Positions 15,819 to 25,808 of a DNA stretch of 29,914 nt are shown here, in pieces (positions within the stretch are counted from its first letter, which is position 1; every line of letters begins with the position of its first letter). The notes below the pieces were generated by a model. It saw nothing but the letters and a program-made list of their open reading frames with translations, had not been told where the DNA came from and did not search any database. This stretch comes from a virus (taxonomy: Duplodnaviria > Caudoviricetes), in the IMG/VR virus record IMGVR_UViG_3300020044_009798, positions 1 to 29,914 of that record. One strand, written 5' to 3'. The translations under genes and the position numbers were made by a program.

Positions 15819-18556
15819 AATGTTCTGCGTGTGTTTATTTCCTTGCGGTCTTTGTTGTCTTTGTTAATAGCCGCTTGGGTGTTCGGTGTGAAATCTACTT
15901 GCAGTCGGTCAATACGGCCATTTACGGCTAAAATAAGTTCTGTTAGTTGGTTGTTTTGTTCTACCGCCGAATTAATAGAAGGCGGCAAAGATGGAATGGT
16001 GGGAACTATGCCACCCGTTGCAAAACCTGGCACACCTGCAAAAGCTAAAGCATCATAACCGAGCCTTTGCTGTTGGTTTTGGTTTAGTACAACCTCCCCT
16101 GTTTTTAGCGTTGTAAGTACATTGTCCCCATTACTTCGTCTTATCGGTTTGCCTGTTATATCTCGCCCAACAACGCCACCCGTAGCGAGGGGCTGCGCTG
16201 CTATTGTCGCAATTTCTACCGCTCCTAAAGCCCCCGTAATCGCTGCTGTAATAAAAGAAGCTGGAGGCGGTAACGATGCTAAAGCATTGGTTATACCTAA
16301 AGCGGTGTTAATAATAGCCTGTATAATCGCAAAGGCTTTAGCAGTTTTAGCCGCTTGTTTTTCGGCATTAGCTTTGGCTGCTGCGATTCCATCGGCGGCG
16401 GCTTTTTCCTGTGCCACCTTATTTTCCAAGTATTCGGCCTCAAATCCACTAGCGTTTTCCAATTGCGCTTCCAAGTCCGCTATATTCTTTTGACGTGCTT
16501 GTAATTGGTCATCTAACTGCTTTATTTCTCTTTGATTTACAGCATCGGCCAAAGATGCAATTGCGCCAATAACCTGCTGCCCAGTCTGTAAAACCTGTTG
16601 TATAGCGGCTAAACGGGCTGCTTTTTGTTTGTCGGTTTCGGTCTTAACTTTTTCGGTTTGCTCTTCTTCGAGCTGCGCCAATTCGGTGTTAAGCTTTTGC
16701 CGTTGTAAAACTAATTGTTGGCGTGCTTGTTCGTCAGCAAAAAGCCCATCGTTTAGGTTTTGCTGTATTAAATCGGCTTGCTCTTGTAGGTATTTTTTCC
16801 GTGCATCAAATTCAGCTTTTGCGCCTGCTTCTACCGTTTGCTCTCGCTTTGCAACTGCCTCCTGTATTTGTAGGAATTGTAATTGGTAAGCATTCTCTAA
16901 TTCCGTTAATTCGGTTTGGCTTTGCGCTATTCGCTTTTGGAATGCCGCCTCTTCTTGTTGGTTGCGTTCGATTAGCCCCTTTGCTTGTATTTCTATAAGA
17001 GCTTGTTGGTGTGCAATTGCATCCTGTTCGCTTAATTGTGCGAATGTGGTTTCGAGCTGTGCGAGCTTATCGGTCGTTTCTTTTCGGAACGCAATAACCT
17101 CTGCGCTGCCCTCTTCGTACACTTCTAAAAGCTTTGTTTCTTGCTCTTGTATCTTTGCTTTAAGGTTATTGAATTGTGCCTCTCGTTCCGCTTTTCGAAA
17201 CTCATAATTTAGCTTTTCTTGTGCGACCGCCTTTTGTCCCTCATCTTCGATATTATCTACGATTGCCTTTGATAATTCAGCTTGCAGCTTTGCAATATCA
17301 TTGGCTTGGTCTTGGTTAAACTTCTTGCTATCCTCAAAGAATTTAGCCCGTTTCTTTTCGATTTCTTCGAGCGTTTTTTGATAATCTTTGCCCTGTTTTT
17401 CGGCTGCTTTGGTTGTTTGCTTGGTAAGGTCATCAAGATTTCCGCTAAATGCTTTGGAAAAATCAAGGCCATAAGCTCCAATGTCGGTCAAAGCCTTGCG
17501 TAATGAGGCCTCAATTTGTTGGTCGTTAGCGGCTACTTTCTTTGCGGTTTCAGCATTTTGTTCTTGTACCGTTGCATTAACATTTCGAGCTATGTCAATA
17601 ATAGCAAAACCCGTAGAAACGGCACTAGCTGCACGTGCTTTGTCGGCTTCGATTTGCGCTTGGATAGCCTCGTTCAATGCCTTTTCGATTAATTCGGCAC
17701 GCTTTTTTACCACTATTTGTTCAATAATAGCAGCGTTTACAGCCTTGTAAGCATCCGCAATTTCTTGTTCTGTGGATAGTTCGGTTAATTGGTTTGGTAG
17801 GTAGGTAGAATATTGTTCGTTAATGGCTGCCAATGCTTTTGCCCGTTCTTCTTGGGTTGCATTAACATCGGTAACCGCCGCAAAAAGAAAATCCAATTGC
17901 GCCCGTTCGTCTGTATATTCGCTTATAGCCTCCTTTGTCCCCTCGTTTACTAATTTTTGGGTACGGTATTGAGCATCTAAAGCGGTGTTTAATTGGTCTA
18001 TCGCATCCACAGCACCACGAACACCATTAGCAAGCATATTACCAATCGCACCGATACCACCACGACCGATTAAGCCTGAACTTAGTATTGTGCTTTTAAG
18101 CTCCCCAAACAGCCCCTTCAAACTGCCTGCGTAATTGCCTACATTGCGCCCAAACACACCCGTTGCACTATCCACCCGTTTTAATTGCGAATCTAGTCTA
18201 GCAGCTTCAAGGCGTGCAGCTTCGAGCTGCTCCCGTGTAACATTCCCACCCTTTATCGCTTCAGCTCCTAGCTGCTTAAAGCGTTCCCGTGCAACAAATA
18301 GTTGTGCTGATAATTGCTTATAGCTGCCGATGGTTGAATCTTTCGCCTCAAATTCGGCTTGGGCTAGTTTGGCTTGGGCTTGGGCTTTTTTTAGTTCCGT
18401 TTGCAACCGTGCCAAATCCTTTAAGAGTTGGTCGGCCACCGTTGGGTCATCGGTTTTAGATAGGTCTTTCTTTAGCTGCTTAATTTGCTTTTGCAGCTCA
18501 AATACTTCTTTAGAGCCCTTGATATCTATCTCGAAAACTACTTTTTTAGTTGCCAT
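15815..18556 (-). CDS. tape measure-like protein
   Basis: 913 aa, long Ala/Glu/Gln/Lys-rich helical protein; RNVGNY motif and C-terminal ATGGVV...GEVVLN. Confidence 0.8.
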   Translation of the reverse strand: MATKKVVFEIDIKGSKEVFELQKQIKQLKKDLSKTDDPTVADQLLKDLARLQTELKKAQAQAKLAQAEFEAKDSTIGSYKQLSAQLFVARERFKQLGAEAIKGGNVTREQLEAARLEAARLDSQLKRVDSATGVFGRNVGNYAGSLKGLFGELKSTILSSGLIGRGGIGAIGNMLANGVRGAVDAIDQLNTALDAQYRTQKLVNEGTKEAISEYTDERAQLDFLFAAVTDVNATQEERAKALAAINEQYSTYLPNQLTELSTEQEIADAYKAVNAAIIEQIVVKKRAELIEKALNEAIQAQIEADKARAASAVSTGFAIIDIARNVNATVQEQNAETAKKVAANDQQIEASLRKALTDIGAYGLDFSKAFSGNLDDLTKQTTKAAEKQGKDYQKTLEEIEKKRAKFFEDSKKFNQDQANDIAKLQAELSKAIVDNIEDEGQKAVAQEKLNYEFRKAEREAQFNNLKAKIQEQETKLLEVYEEGSAEVIAFRKETTDKLAQLETTFAQLSEQDAIAHQQALIEIQAKGLIERNQQEEAAFQKRIAQSQTELTELENAYQLQFLQIQEAVAKREQTVEAGAKAEFDARKKYLQEQADLIQQNLNDGLFADEQARQQLVLQRQKLNTELAQLEEEQTEKVKTETDKQKAARLAAIQQVLQTGQQVIGAIASLADAVNQREIKQLDDQLQARQKNIADLEAQLENASGFEAEYLENKVAQEKAAADGIAAAKANAEKQAAKTAKAFAIIQAIINTALGITNALASLPPPASFITAAITGALGAVEIATIAAQPLATGGVVGRDITGKPIRRSNGDNVLTTLKTGEVVLNQNQQQRLGYDALAFAGVPGFATGGIVPTIPSLPPSINSAVEQNNQLTELILAVNGRIDRLQVDFTPNTQAAINKDNKDRKEINTRRTL

Positions 18557-20751
18557 TATAAGTACAATATGTTTGAAACAAAACCCTGAACGGGGCTATT
18601 TGAAAAGCTGTTTATATCTTCGGTCTCGTCGGGTTGGTCGAGCTGCAAAACTACCTTTGTAGGCTCAACCGACATCGGTTTGTAACCGTTCACTTCTTGC
18701 AATATCCAACCCGTGCCACCTAGCAGAATCTTATCCCTAAATGTAAGATTTAGTATATCCACAGCATTCAAATATAGATTGGTACTTCGTGTGCGGCCTG
18801 AACGAATGCGAGCCATATCACGCAGGTAGAATCGTTTTGCAAGGCCTTGAACGGTGATGCCGTTTAAGGTTTGGTCAGAGTAGGATAGACAAGGGTCTAA
18901 ACCCGTTAAATCGTTGTAATTTACGGCCCATGTTTGGGGCATTTGTGCCGATTGTATATTTCCAACGGTATCAATAATGCGTAAGGTTACATCACTACGA
19001 AGCCCATCATAATACAAAATTCTAGGTTTATACGATTGTACTTTGTCCGTTTGCGTTGGGTCTTCGTTATAATCCGCAGCCATCAGCATTGGCACTAAAA
19101 CCGTTTTAGTACTTGTTGGCCATGTGATAGTCGGGTCTATTAAGTGCATAGTAGGGGCAAAAAACGAATTTTCTAGCACTTGGTCGCCCTCTTCAAAGCG
19201 GTTGGTATTTCGTGTGCATCTTGATTCGTATAGGGTAAAAATACCGTTTACTTCGCTGCTTTTGACCGTTGGGTCATTATCATCGGCTTGGTACTTGAAG
19301 ACCGTAATATTAGGCACGTTATCGGGGTTAAATTCATCGCTCGTACTATCGCTCACCACCCATTTGTTATTACTATCGGTCGTTACATTGCGCAAAAAAC
19401 CCTGTTCTACTTGGCTTGTAGCAGGTTGCAATTGGTATAAATACGGGTCTTTGGGTTCTATCGTAACAATTTGGCGGGCTACGTCTGTTTCGTATTGCAA
19501 ATTAAACAACTCCCCAAAGCCACGCAAAAAATCGGCACACGTCCAATCTTGCAGCAAATAGGCAAAGTCTATTGGTGCGCCGAGCGTTATTTCTGCCGCC
19601 TCTCCAAAGACTTCTACTTTAGCGTATGTAACGTCGAAACTCTCGCCAACAGCAGGGTCGGGGCCCCAAACAATGTAGGTATTTAAAACACTATTTAAGT
19701 CTATAAACACAATAAAAGAACCCGTAATAGTTTGACCATTTACAACGTCTTGATGTGATGCATTCCCACTTATAGCACCTGCGCCCGTTACTAATAAAGC
19801 AATATCTACATTTCCGCTCCCTGTTAATATATTGTCAATTGTTAATGCGTAAAATATTTTATAGTAGCCCCTAGCCCTAGCAGTATAAGCGCCTGCGAAA
19901 CTAGCACCAAATACAACCGAATCTTGGAACGGGTCAGGTGCAACAGGTGGGGCTATGTGGCTATTAAAATCTAAACCAGCACCCGTAACACCCACAGCAC
20001 CCGTGTAAGTTATCGGTACATTGCGCTCCCAACTTCCATCTAAGTAAGCAGCGTTAAATTCTTTTGGGTATTTGGATGGTAGAATAGTAGGCAAAACAAG
20101 CCCTAAAACGTAATCGGAATAGATGAAATTGGAGTTTATTGTATAGCCTAAATAGTTAAAAATCTTTTCGATTAGGGGCTGTATAAATAGGAATGGTTGG
20201 AACTCATCTACTTGTACGCAATACTCACCAATGGCCTGCTGATACTTCCAATCCATCAACTTCCAAACGTTGTAATTATAGTTACGCACGGGCGGCAAAG
20301 AGCCTAAAAACGGTAATATATTAGCTTGTGTGTAGTCGTGCCGTTCTGCGCTCCAATCTAAATCAGATAGGGGCAACGCTCCAAGTTGTACTATCCAATC
20401 GCTATTTCCACCATACAAGGCTACTTTGTACCCGATGCCATTTGCGCCGTAATGCGAGGGGGTTAGAATGGCCTCTTTTAATTGTGCTTGGCCTTCAATA
20501 ACGGGCAGTCCCTCCGCTTCCAAGTACATACGTTTATACTCCGTACCTGCTTTTATATCTTGCAAAGCATCCCACCATTGCGAAAAAATCGTATCGTTTG
20601 TTTTCGATGCTGGCAAAGAGATAGAACGCTCCGAAGATGCCCCCGCAGGCGTAAACCCGTTAGATGCTCGGTAGCTTAGCTCTATGCCAAAATCCTCCGC
20701 AGGCAGGTCGCAAACTTGGCTGTCTATGTATAGTTTGATGTACTTTTGCAT
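18556..20751 (-). CDS. tail structural protein (hub/tip)
   Basis: 731 aa; SISLPASKTND..F, DFLRG..ELFNL and PRILYY motifs; adjacent to tape measure. Confidence 0.7.
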   Translation of the reverse strand: MQKYIKLYIDSQVCDLPAEDFGIELSYRASNGFTPAGASSERSISLPASKTNDTIFSQWWDALQDIKAGTEYKRMYLEAEGLPVIEGQAQLKEAILTPSHYGANGIGYKVALYGGNSDWIVQLGALPLSDLDWSAERHDYTQANILPFLGSLPPVRNYNYNVWKLMDWKYQQAIGEYCVQVDEFQPFLFIQPLIEKIFNYLGYTINSNFIYSDYVLGLVLPTILPSKYPKEFNAAYLDGSWERNVPITYTGAVGVTGAGLDFNSHIAPPVAPDPFQDSVVFGASFAGAYTARARGYYKIFYALTIDNILTGSGNVDIALLVTGAGAISGNASHQDVVNGQTITGSFIVFIDLNSVLNTYIVWGPDPAVGESFDVTYAKVEVFGEAAEITLGAPIDFAYLLQDWTCADFLRGFGELFNLQYETDVARQIVTIEPKDPYLYQLQPATSQVEQGFLRNVTTDSNNKWVVSDSTSDEFNPDNVPNITVFKYQADDNDPTVKSSEVNGIFTLYESRCTRNTNRFEEGDQVLENSFFAPTMHLIDPTITWPTSTKTVLVPMLMAADYNEDPTQTDKVQSYKPRILYYDGLRSDVTLRIIDTVGNIQSAQMPQTWAVNYNDLTGLDPCLSYSDQTLNGITVQGLAKRFYLRDMARIRSGRTRSTNLYLNAVDILNLTFRDKILLGGTGWILQEVNGYKPMSVEPTKVVLQLDQPDETEDINSFSNSPVQGFVSNILYL

Positions 20752-20752
20752 C

Positions 20753-21994
20753 TTAGTTATGTTGGATTATTAGCCCGTTAGAATCGGCGTATGTAACCGT
20801 AAGAGTAACCAAATTAAGCTCCCCGTTTACTTCCTTTTCGATTGGGGTTGTGGTTGTGGTAACTACTATTGGAATATACGTGCCGTTGTCTTCTCGGTAC
20901 ACTTGGCCCGACTTTGCTATTTCGCTTAACCATAACGCTTCCGATGGTGTAAGTGGATTGCTTTGCGCCTCGTATGTGGTTACGCCCGTAGTTGCTAGTT
21001 TATACGTACCTTGTTGGCTCGGATTGTACGGTGGGCTTGTTAATTCCCATGCGCTCGGTCGGGTTGCTAGTGTGTAGCTTAGTTCGTCATCCTTGCGCTG
21101 CAGCTTCTTAAAGGTGTAAGCATCAGCACCGCCCAACAAGTTAAACCAATGTATTCTTACAGAGTTGTCGCAATTTTGCACTATCTCGAATGTGCGAGGT
21201 TCGATATAATCTATAAAGGGTACGGCACTATTCCAAAGCTGTACGACATAATAAGCAGCGTTGGGGTCGGGCAAAGTTACAGCACCAACTAGATAAACCT
21301 GAGTTGCAAGATTCGCAATTCCAACGCCGATGGATTGTGTATTGACTTGGTTTGCATCGGTATCAATGGCAAAAGAACCTTGACCGATTTGCACACCTGC
21401 CGAATCGTAAGTTGTAATCCTACAACGGTCGGCAGCAGCGTCTTCGATATGGCACAAAAACGCATTTTCATTGTCGGCTATTTCTTGCGTTGTTGGTGCG
21501 TTGGTTAGCCATTTAATCGTGTTTGGGCTGCCTGCTTGGGGAATGTAGGCAGTAAAGCTTTTGTCTTGATTGCTTTGTCTCGTGCCGCTTGTAGCGTAAT
21601 ACGGCGTGCTTGATTCTGTTACACCAGCATTTACTAAAAGGCCCGTAATTGCATCCCGATAAAGATATTCCACGTCAATCGAATATTCCACCAAACAATC
21701 ATTAACAGTCTGTTTATACGGCAAATCCAATGGCCCGAAAACCTCGCTTTGTGGGCTTGAAAAAGGGGAAATAGCAGCTTTTAAAAGGCTTTGCAAGTCC
21801 ACTTTAAAAAGGTATGTACTAAATGCAGAAATAGCGTAATATGGCACAGTGAACGATGTTTGTACTATGCCGTTTAAAGTAGGTGTAATGATTGCACGCT
21901 CTACCGCATTTACAGCGTCAAAGTAGGACATCCTAAATTCGTTGGGCTGGTACGCCGAATTAGGTTGGTAATTAGGGTTTATAAAGATTGCCAT
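20753..21994 (-). CDS. tail structural protein
   Basis: 413 aa; RIHWFNLLGG.DAYTF and WL.E...S..VY motifs. Confidence 0.7.
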   Translation of the reverse strand: MAIFINPNYQPNSAYQPNEFRMSYFDAVNAVERAIITPTLNGIVQTSFTVPYYAISAFSTYLFKVDLQSLLKAAISPFSSPQSEVFGPLDLPYKQTVNDCLVEYSIDVEYLYRDAITGLLVNAGVTESSTPYYATSGTRQSNQDKSFTAYIPQAGSPNTIKWLTNAPTTQEIADNENAFLCHIEDAAADRCRITTYDSAGVQIGQGSFAIDTDANQVNTQSIGVGIANLATQVYLVGAVTLPDPNAAYYVVQLWNSAVPFIDYIEPRTFEIVQNCDNSVRIHWFNLLGGADAYTFKKLQRKDDELSYTLATRPSAWELTSPPYNPSQQGTYKLATTGVTTYEAQSNPLTPSEALWLSEIAKSGQVYREDNGTYIPIVVTTTTTPIEKEVNGELNLVTLTVTYADSNGLIIQHN

Positions 21995-21998
21995 TTTA

Positions 21999-22208
21999 TT
22001 AGGGTCTTAAATCGTTTTTAATATTATTTGCTGCTTGTTGCTCGTACTTCTGTTTAATAGCAGAACGATAAAGAAAAGCCGATGCCATTTCTAAAACGGT
22101 TCTATCTGTATCTGTAAAAACATTACATTTCAAAATGTCTTCCATCTTTTTATGTAGCGTTTCAGCATCTAAAACGGTGCGGTTTATTATTTCAATATTG
22201 CGTTCCAT
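21999..22208 (-). CDS. hypothetical protein
   Basis: 69 aa filling the gap between structural genes. Confidence 0.6.
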   Translation of the reverse strand: MERNIEIINRTVLDAETLHKKMEDILKCNVFTDTDRTVLEMASAFLYRSAIKQKYEQQAANNIKNDLRP

Positions 22209-22209
22209 G

Positions 22210-22701
22210 CTAAAATGTTTTAGTTATTTCCGCTTCCAATTCGCCAATATACGCCAAAATTTGCGCTGATTCCTTTAAGATTGCCTCTTCGATATATTCG
22301 GTTCTTTTGCCCGTTTTGCTAAACTTGTAGCTGCCACGTGTCGGCATTCCCTCCTTGATATGTTTACGAGCTATCGCAAACGCAATACCTTTAGCCTGTT
22401 TTTCGGTTACTCTAAATCGTAGCTTTGCAAATCGGATAAGGCCTTGTATGTACTTGCTTACCTTTGCGCCTGTATAAGTTCCGTAAGGTATGCGAGATGC
22501 TACAACGCCCGTATTAACAGGCACGCCGTAATCGTTCAACAAGAATTGAATTACAACGCCATCGGGAACGGTTAGTGTTTTAGCCTCCACAGATTTAGAC
22601 AAAGAACCCGTCAATTTATGGCCTTGTAAAAGGATTTGATTGCGGATTTCTTCAACTAAGGAATTTCCGATTTTTTCAGCTATAAGGTAGAGTGAGGCCA
22701 T
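22210..22701 (-). CDS. neck/tail completion protein (HK97 gp10-like)
   Basis: TGSLSKSV, YG..VNTG and IAFAIARK...EG motifs. Confidence 0.65.
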   Translation of the reverse strand: MASLYLIAEKIGNSLVEEIRNQILLQGHKLTGSLSKSVEAKTLTVPDGVVIQFLLNDYGVPVNTGVVASRIPYGTYTGAKVSKYIQGLIRFAKLRFRVTEKQAKGIAFAIARKHIKEGMPTRGSYKFSKTGKRTEYIEEAILKESAQILAYIGELEAEITKTF

Positions 22702-22874
22702 TATGTCAAGGGTTTAATTTTAACGCCTTTATATTCGGTCATTCCGCACGCTACACATTGGGCGTAAATGGATTTTGAAACAAAGAAAGTTGCATCTTTT
22801 TCTTTCATTCTTTCGGGATATTCAGCAGCTAACTGCTCGAAAAATTCGATTAGTTTCAGGTCTTTGAGTTTCAT
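22701..22874 (-). CDS. 57-aa hypothetical protein (not in ORF track)
   Basis: MKLKDLKLIEFFEQLAAEYPERMKEKDATFFVSKSIYAQCVACGMTEYKGVKIKPLT; TAATG coupling at both ends. Confidence 0.75.
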   Translation of the reverse strand: MKLKDLKLIEFFEQLAAEYPERMKEKDATFFVSKSIYAQCVACGMTEYKGVKIKPLT

Positions 22875-23440
22875 TAAGTCAAGGGTTTAAGTGTTTCATA
22901 ATCAACCTCTAAAGATACAGGCCATTCGTAAGACGTAGGAATCAAAGCAGGGTTAAAAGTTTCCGTTGGGCACTCCTCGTTCCAAGTGGCTCGAAACGTT
23001 GCAACAACTTGGATTAGTCGGTCATTGTGCTGCATTTCCATTGTCTCGAATTGTACGGTCTGCGTTTCGATTCCTATGCCGTATTGATACATTTTACCTA
23101 AGCTACTAAGCAAATAAACAAATGCCTTAGCTTTATCCAATAGGCTTTGTGTTTGCTCTAGGGTTGTATCTGTTAGGGTTTGGCCTTGATTGTTTCGGTA
23201 TTGTAAATCGTAGAAATTAAGGCGAATATCATGCACACCTCGCAGGCAATTAGAGAATTGAATAGTGGACGGGATAGGCTCTAAAAGCACGTAAGGATAA
23301 CGGTTGCCCATTTTGTTTTGTGGGTTGGCGTTATTATCCACGTTTCGATTCATGTCCGATTCGTACCCCCTGTGATAGCCTAAAAATCCGATTTGTTGGG
23401 CTAAAAGGTTGCAAATATTACTAAAGCCTATTTGATTCAT
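22874..23440 (-). CDS. putative tail terminator-like protein
   Basis: 188 aa with YPYVLLEP and FYDL segments; adjacent to the neck gene. Confidence 0.55.
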   Translation of the reverse strand: MNQIGFSNICNLLAQQIGFLGYHRGYESDMNRNVDNNANPQNKMGNRYPYVLLEPIPSTIQFSNCLRGVHDIRLNFYDLQYRNNQGQTLTDTTLEQTQSLLDKAKAFVYLLSSLGKMYQYGIGIETQTVQFETMEMQHNDRLIQVVATFRATWNEECPTETFNPALIPTSYEWPVSLEVDYETLKPLT

Positions 23441-23742
23441 TTTCTGCGTTTTTGATGCTCTTCAGCGAGCCTGTTTTGATATTCTTGTTTTGCGTTTTGT
23501 GCTGATAGCCATGTGAAAACCTTGTATAAATCGGCCATCATTGCGCTATCAATCGCATCTTTGCCCCATACCGTAAAAATCCCACTTTCTGCAACTCGTT
23601 CGATAACCATGTACCAACCGTAACCGCCTAACAACTCCTTAACGCCTGCCGCTATTTCGATGCTCTTTGCACTTCCAAAGCAATTCGCAAAATGGGTTGT
23701 AATATGTCGTTTCGTTTCTGCAAAAAAAAAGAGATACGCCAC
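23437..23742 (-). CDS. C-terminal part of a -1 frameshift product (gpGT-like)
   Basis: Overlaps the upstream ORF in the -1 frame starting at a T9 run; contains YGWY. Confidence 0.6.
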   Translation of the reverse strand: MAYLFFFAETKRHITTHFANCFGSAKSIEIAAGVKELLGGYGWYMVIERVAESGIFTVWGKDAIDSAMMADLYKVFTWLSAQNAKQEYQNRLAEEHQKRRK

Positions 23743-24326
23743 GCCGCATCCATTGTCATATCAAGAAAAAACGGCTCTCGTTCTTCAGGCACTTGGCCGT
23801 TAAACTTTTCGCCCTCTTTCTTCAGTAAACAACAAGCCACTTTCGCTATTGCTTCCATCTCGTTACCGTTTGCATCATGTATCACCTTTTCAAATTGCGC
23901 CGCCTCCACATATTCGCCCAAAGTAGAACCTGCCATTAAACGCTTAGGGAAATAAAACGTTTCTCCTTGTATTTCGATGCTTTCTTGGTACTCATATTCG
24001 GGCTGTTTTAGCGTGCTTAGCAGCATATTATACAGCCGTTCAACTTGTTCTACCTCACATTCAAACAACACCGTTAAAGGTACATCTGATAGTGCGGAAA
24101 TAGTACGTGCAAAATGGGGCAAAAGCTCGGCGTTGTATATCGTATCAGTGATAGAATTATACAGCTCTTTTCGCTTTGCGGCCTTTCTTTCGCCTTGTAT
24201 CTGCTGCAAGATTTGCGGCGTTTTAGGTAGTACGGTTTTAGCGTATTGAATGTAAGTTCTTAGGCTTATATCCACCCATCCGCTCGGTATATTGTAGTTT
24301 TCCCCGTTAATGCTGATTTCTATCAT
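23652..24326 (-). CDS. putative tail assembly chaperone (gpG-like)
   Basis: 224 aa, IPSGW.DISL..Y start; slippery T9 near the 3' end. Confidence 0.6.
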   Translation of the reverse strand: MIEISINGENYNIPSGWVDISLRTYIQYAKTVLPKTPQILQQIQGERKAAKRKELYNSITDTIYNAELLPHFARTISALSDVPLTVLFECEVEQVERLYNMLLSTLKQPEYEYQESIEIQGETFYFPKRLMAGSTLGEYVEAAQFEKVIHDANGNEMEAIAKVACCLLKKEGEKFNGQVPEEREPFFLDMTMDAAWRISFFLQKRNDILQPILRIALEVQRASK

Positions 24327-24622
24327 TTTTTGCGGCTCTTTGCTTTTTGTACTGATTGCTCGGTATTGGCTGCTAACAGATTGCGAGGGGCTTCGTCTTC
24401 AATCGGTTGTGGTTGGGGCTGTGGTTGTGGCGGTTGTACTGTAGCTTTTGCCATTTGGACGCTGTGCGCTTTGCCCGTTGCTACACTTATTCCAGAGCGT
24501 ACAAAAATCCCTTGTATGTAGCGATGTAAACCATGTGCTAAGGGGTTAGCCATAGCCTCTTTATCGGCTTCTAATTCGGTGTAAAACGTGTGCAGTTTTT
24601 CTAAATGTTGTTGGTAATTCAT
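24323..24622 (-). CDS. hypothetical protein with PQ repeat
   Basis: 99 aa, QPPQPQPQPQP. Confidence 0.65.
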   Translation of the reverse strand: MNYQQHLEKLHTFYTELEADKEAMANPLAHGLHRYIQGIFVRSGISVATGKAHSVQMAKATVQPPQPQPQPQPIEDEAPRNLLAANTEQSVQKAKSRKK

Positions 24623-24626
24623 AATA

Positions 24627-25808
24627 TTAGAATGTTTTAATTATGTTTCTCAATGGTTTGTTTAATTTGGTTAAAGCATAGTAGCGAACAGCATCCCAAG
24701 CATGATTAAAATCATCTATCGGGTCGTTGCTCGGTTGCCCGTTCGATTCCGTTTTATACTTGTATAACTTTTGCTCTTTCAGTAGATTGTAGGAACGGGC
24801 TGTTATGTGTAGATTGTATTGCTTCAGCGTGTTAATACCGAACTGAATTGAATCTTTGCCCTTTTGCGCTGCGAACACCCGAAGCCCAAAGCGTTTTAGT
24901 TCCTCAATACTTTTCGGCTCGGCACTATCAGCATATACTTCGATTTTGCGGTCTAATCGTTTTGCTATTTGGTCGTTTGTTAGTGCATATTCGTACACCA
25001 GCTCGTCAAGATATAAGTTATCCCCAATCACGCCGCAAAGGATAGCCGCCGTAGGGTCGTTGGTATAGCCAAAATCAAGCCCTATTGCAATCCGTTCGCA
25101 TTGTTGGGGAAAACTATCAACTAATGTAATTTGCGGGAAAATTAGCCCCTTTACAATGCCGTACTGACCATGTACATAAACCTGTCTTAGTGTTTCGTCT
25201 TTGATAGCTTCAATCTCCCTGCGCTGTTCGTTTGTCAAAAAACCGTTATCTAAGTAAGTAAAGATGAAGCTTTCCACATCTTCCATTTCAACCGCTCGCT
25301 TATCTTCGATTTCCTCCTTAATCCAAATATAAGGGTCTGACGGGTTGAAATCGATAAATATGCAGTGAGCAGTTCTAATATTTAATTGGAAAAACTCGGT
25401 TTCGTAAATAAGCTCATTCCCCTCATTGCAAAATAAAATATCTCTTTTCCGTCCCCTTACTTTCTGTTCATCATCAACTGAAAAATAATCTAACTCCCTA
25501 TCTTCGTAAGTGTAGATTTTATCGGTTTTATTATGCTCAATCTTTTCGTAAAAACCCCAACTTACTAGGATTTCTTTAAAGTCTTTCATTGCAGTGGCTT
25601 TTAAACTAGGCAATGTGGCACGCACAACCGATGCTGTCTTTCCAACCTTTACACCTCTAAAAATACCAAATAAAAGCCAAAATGCAAACATCTGCATAAT
25701 AGCATAAGTTTTACCCGCTCTTGTTCCTCCCCTCGCTACAACGATTCTTTTTTTAGATGCGTTTAGCTTTTGGAAAACTTTAGTCGCTTTTATCCGTAGT
25801 TCCGTCAT
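24627..25808 (-). CDS. terL: terminase large subunit, PBSX family
   Basis: Walker A GGTRAGKT, ILFCNE, DFNP, GLDFGYTNDP, ADSAEP and DDFNHAWDAVRY. Confidence 0.96.
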   Translation of the reverse strand: MTELRIKATKVFQKLNASKKRIVVARGGTRAGKTYAIMQMFAFWLLFGIFRGVKVGKTASVVRATLPSLKATAMKDFKEILVSWGFYEKIEHNKTDKIYTYEDRELDYFSVDDEQKVRGRKRDILFCNEGNELIYETEFFQLNIRTAHCIFIDFNPSDPYIWIKEEIEDKRAVEMEDVESFIFTYLDNGFLTNEQRREIEAIKDETLRQVYVHGQYGIVKGLIFPQITLVDSFPQQCERIAIGLDFGYTNDPTAAILCGVIGDNLYLDELVYEYALTNDQIAKRLDRKIEVYADSAEPKSIEELKRFGLRVFAAQKGKDSIQFGINTLKQYNLHITARSYNLLKEQKLYKYKTESNGQPSNDPIDDFNHAWDAVRYYALTKLNKPLRNIIKTF

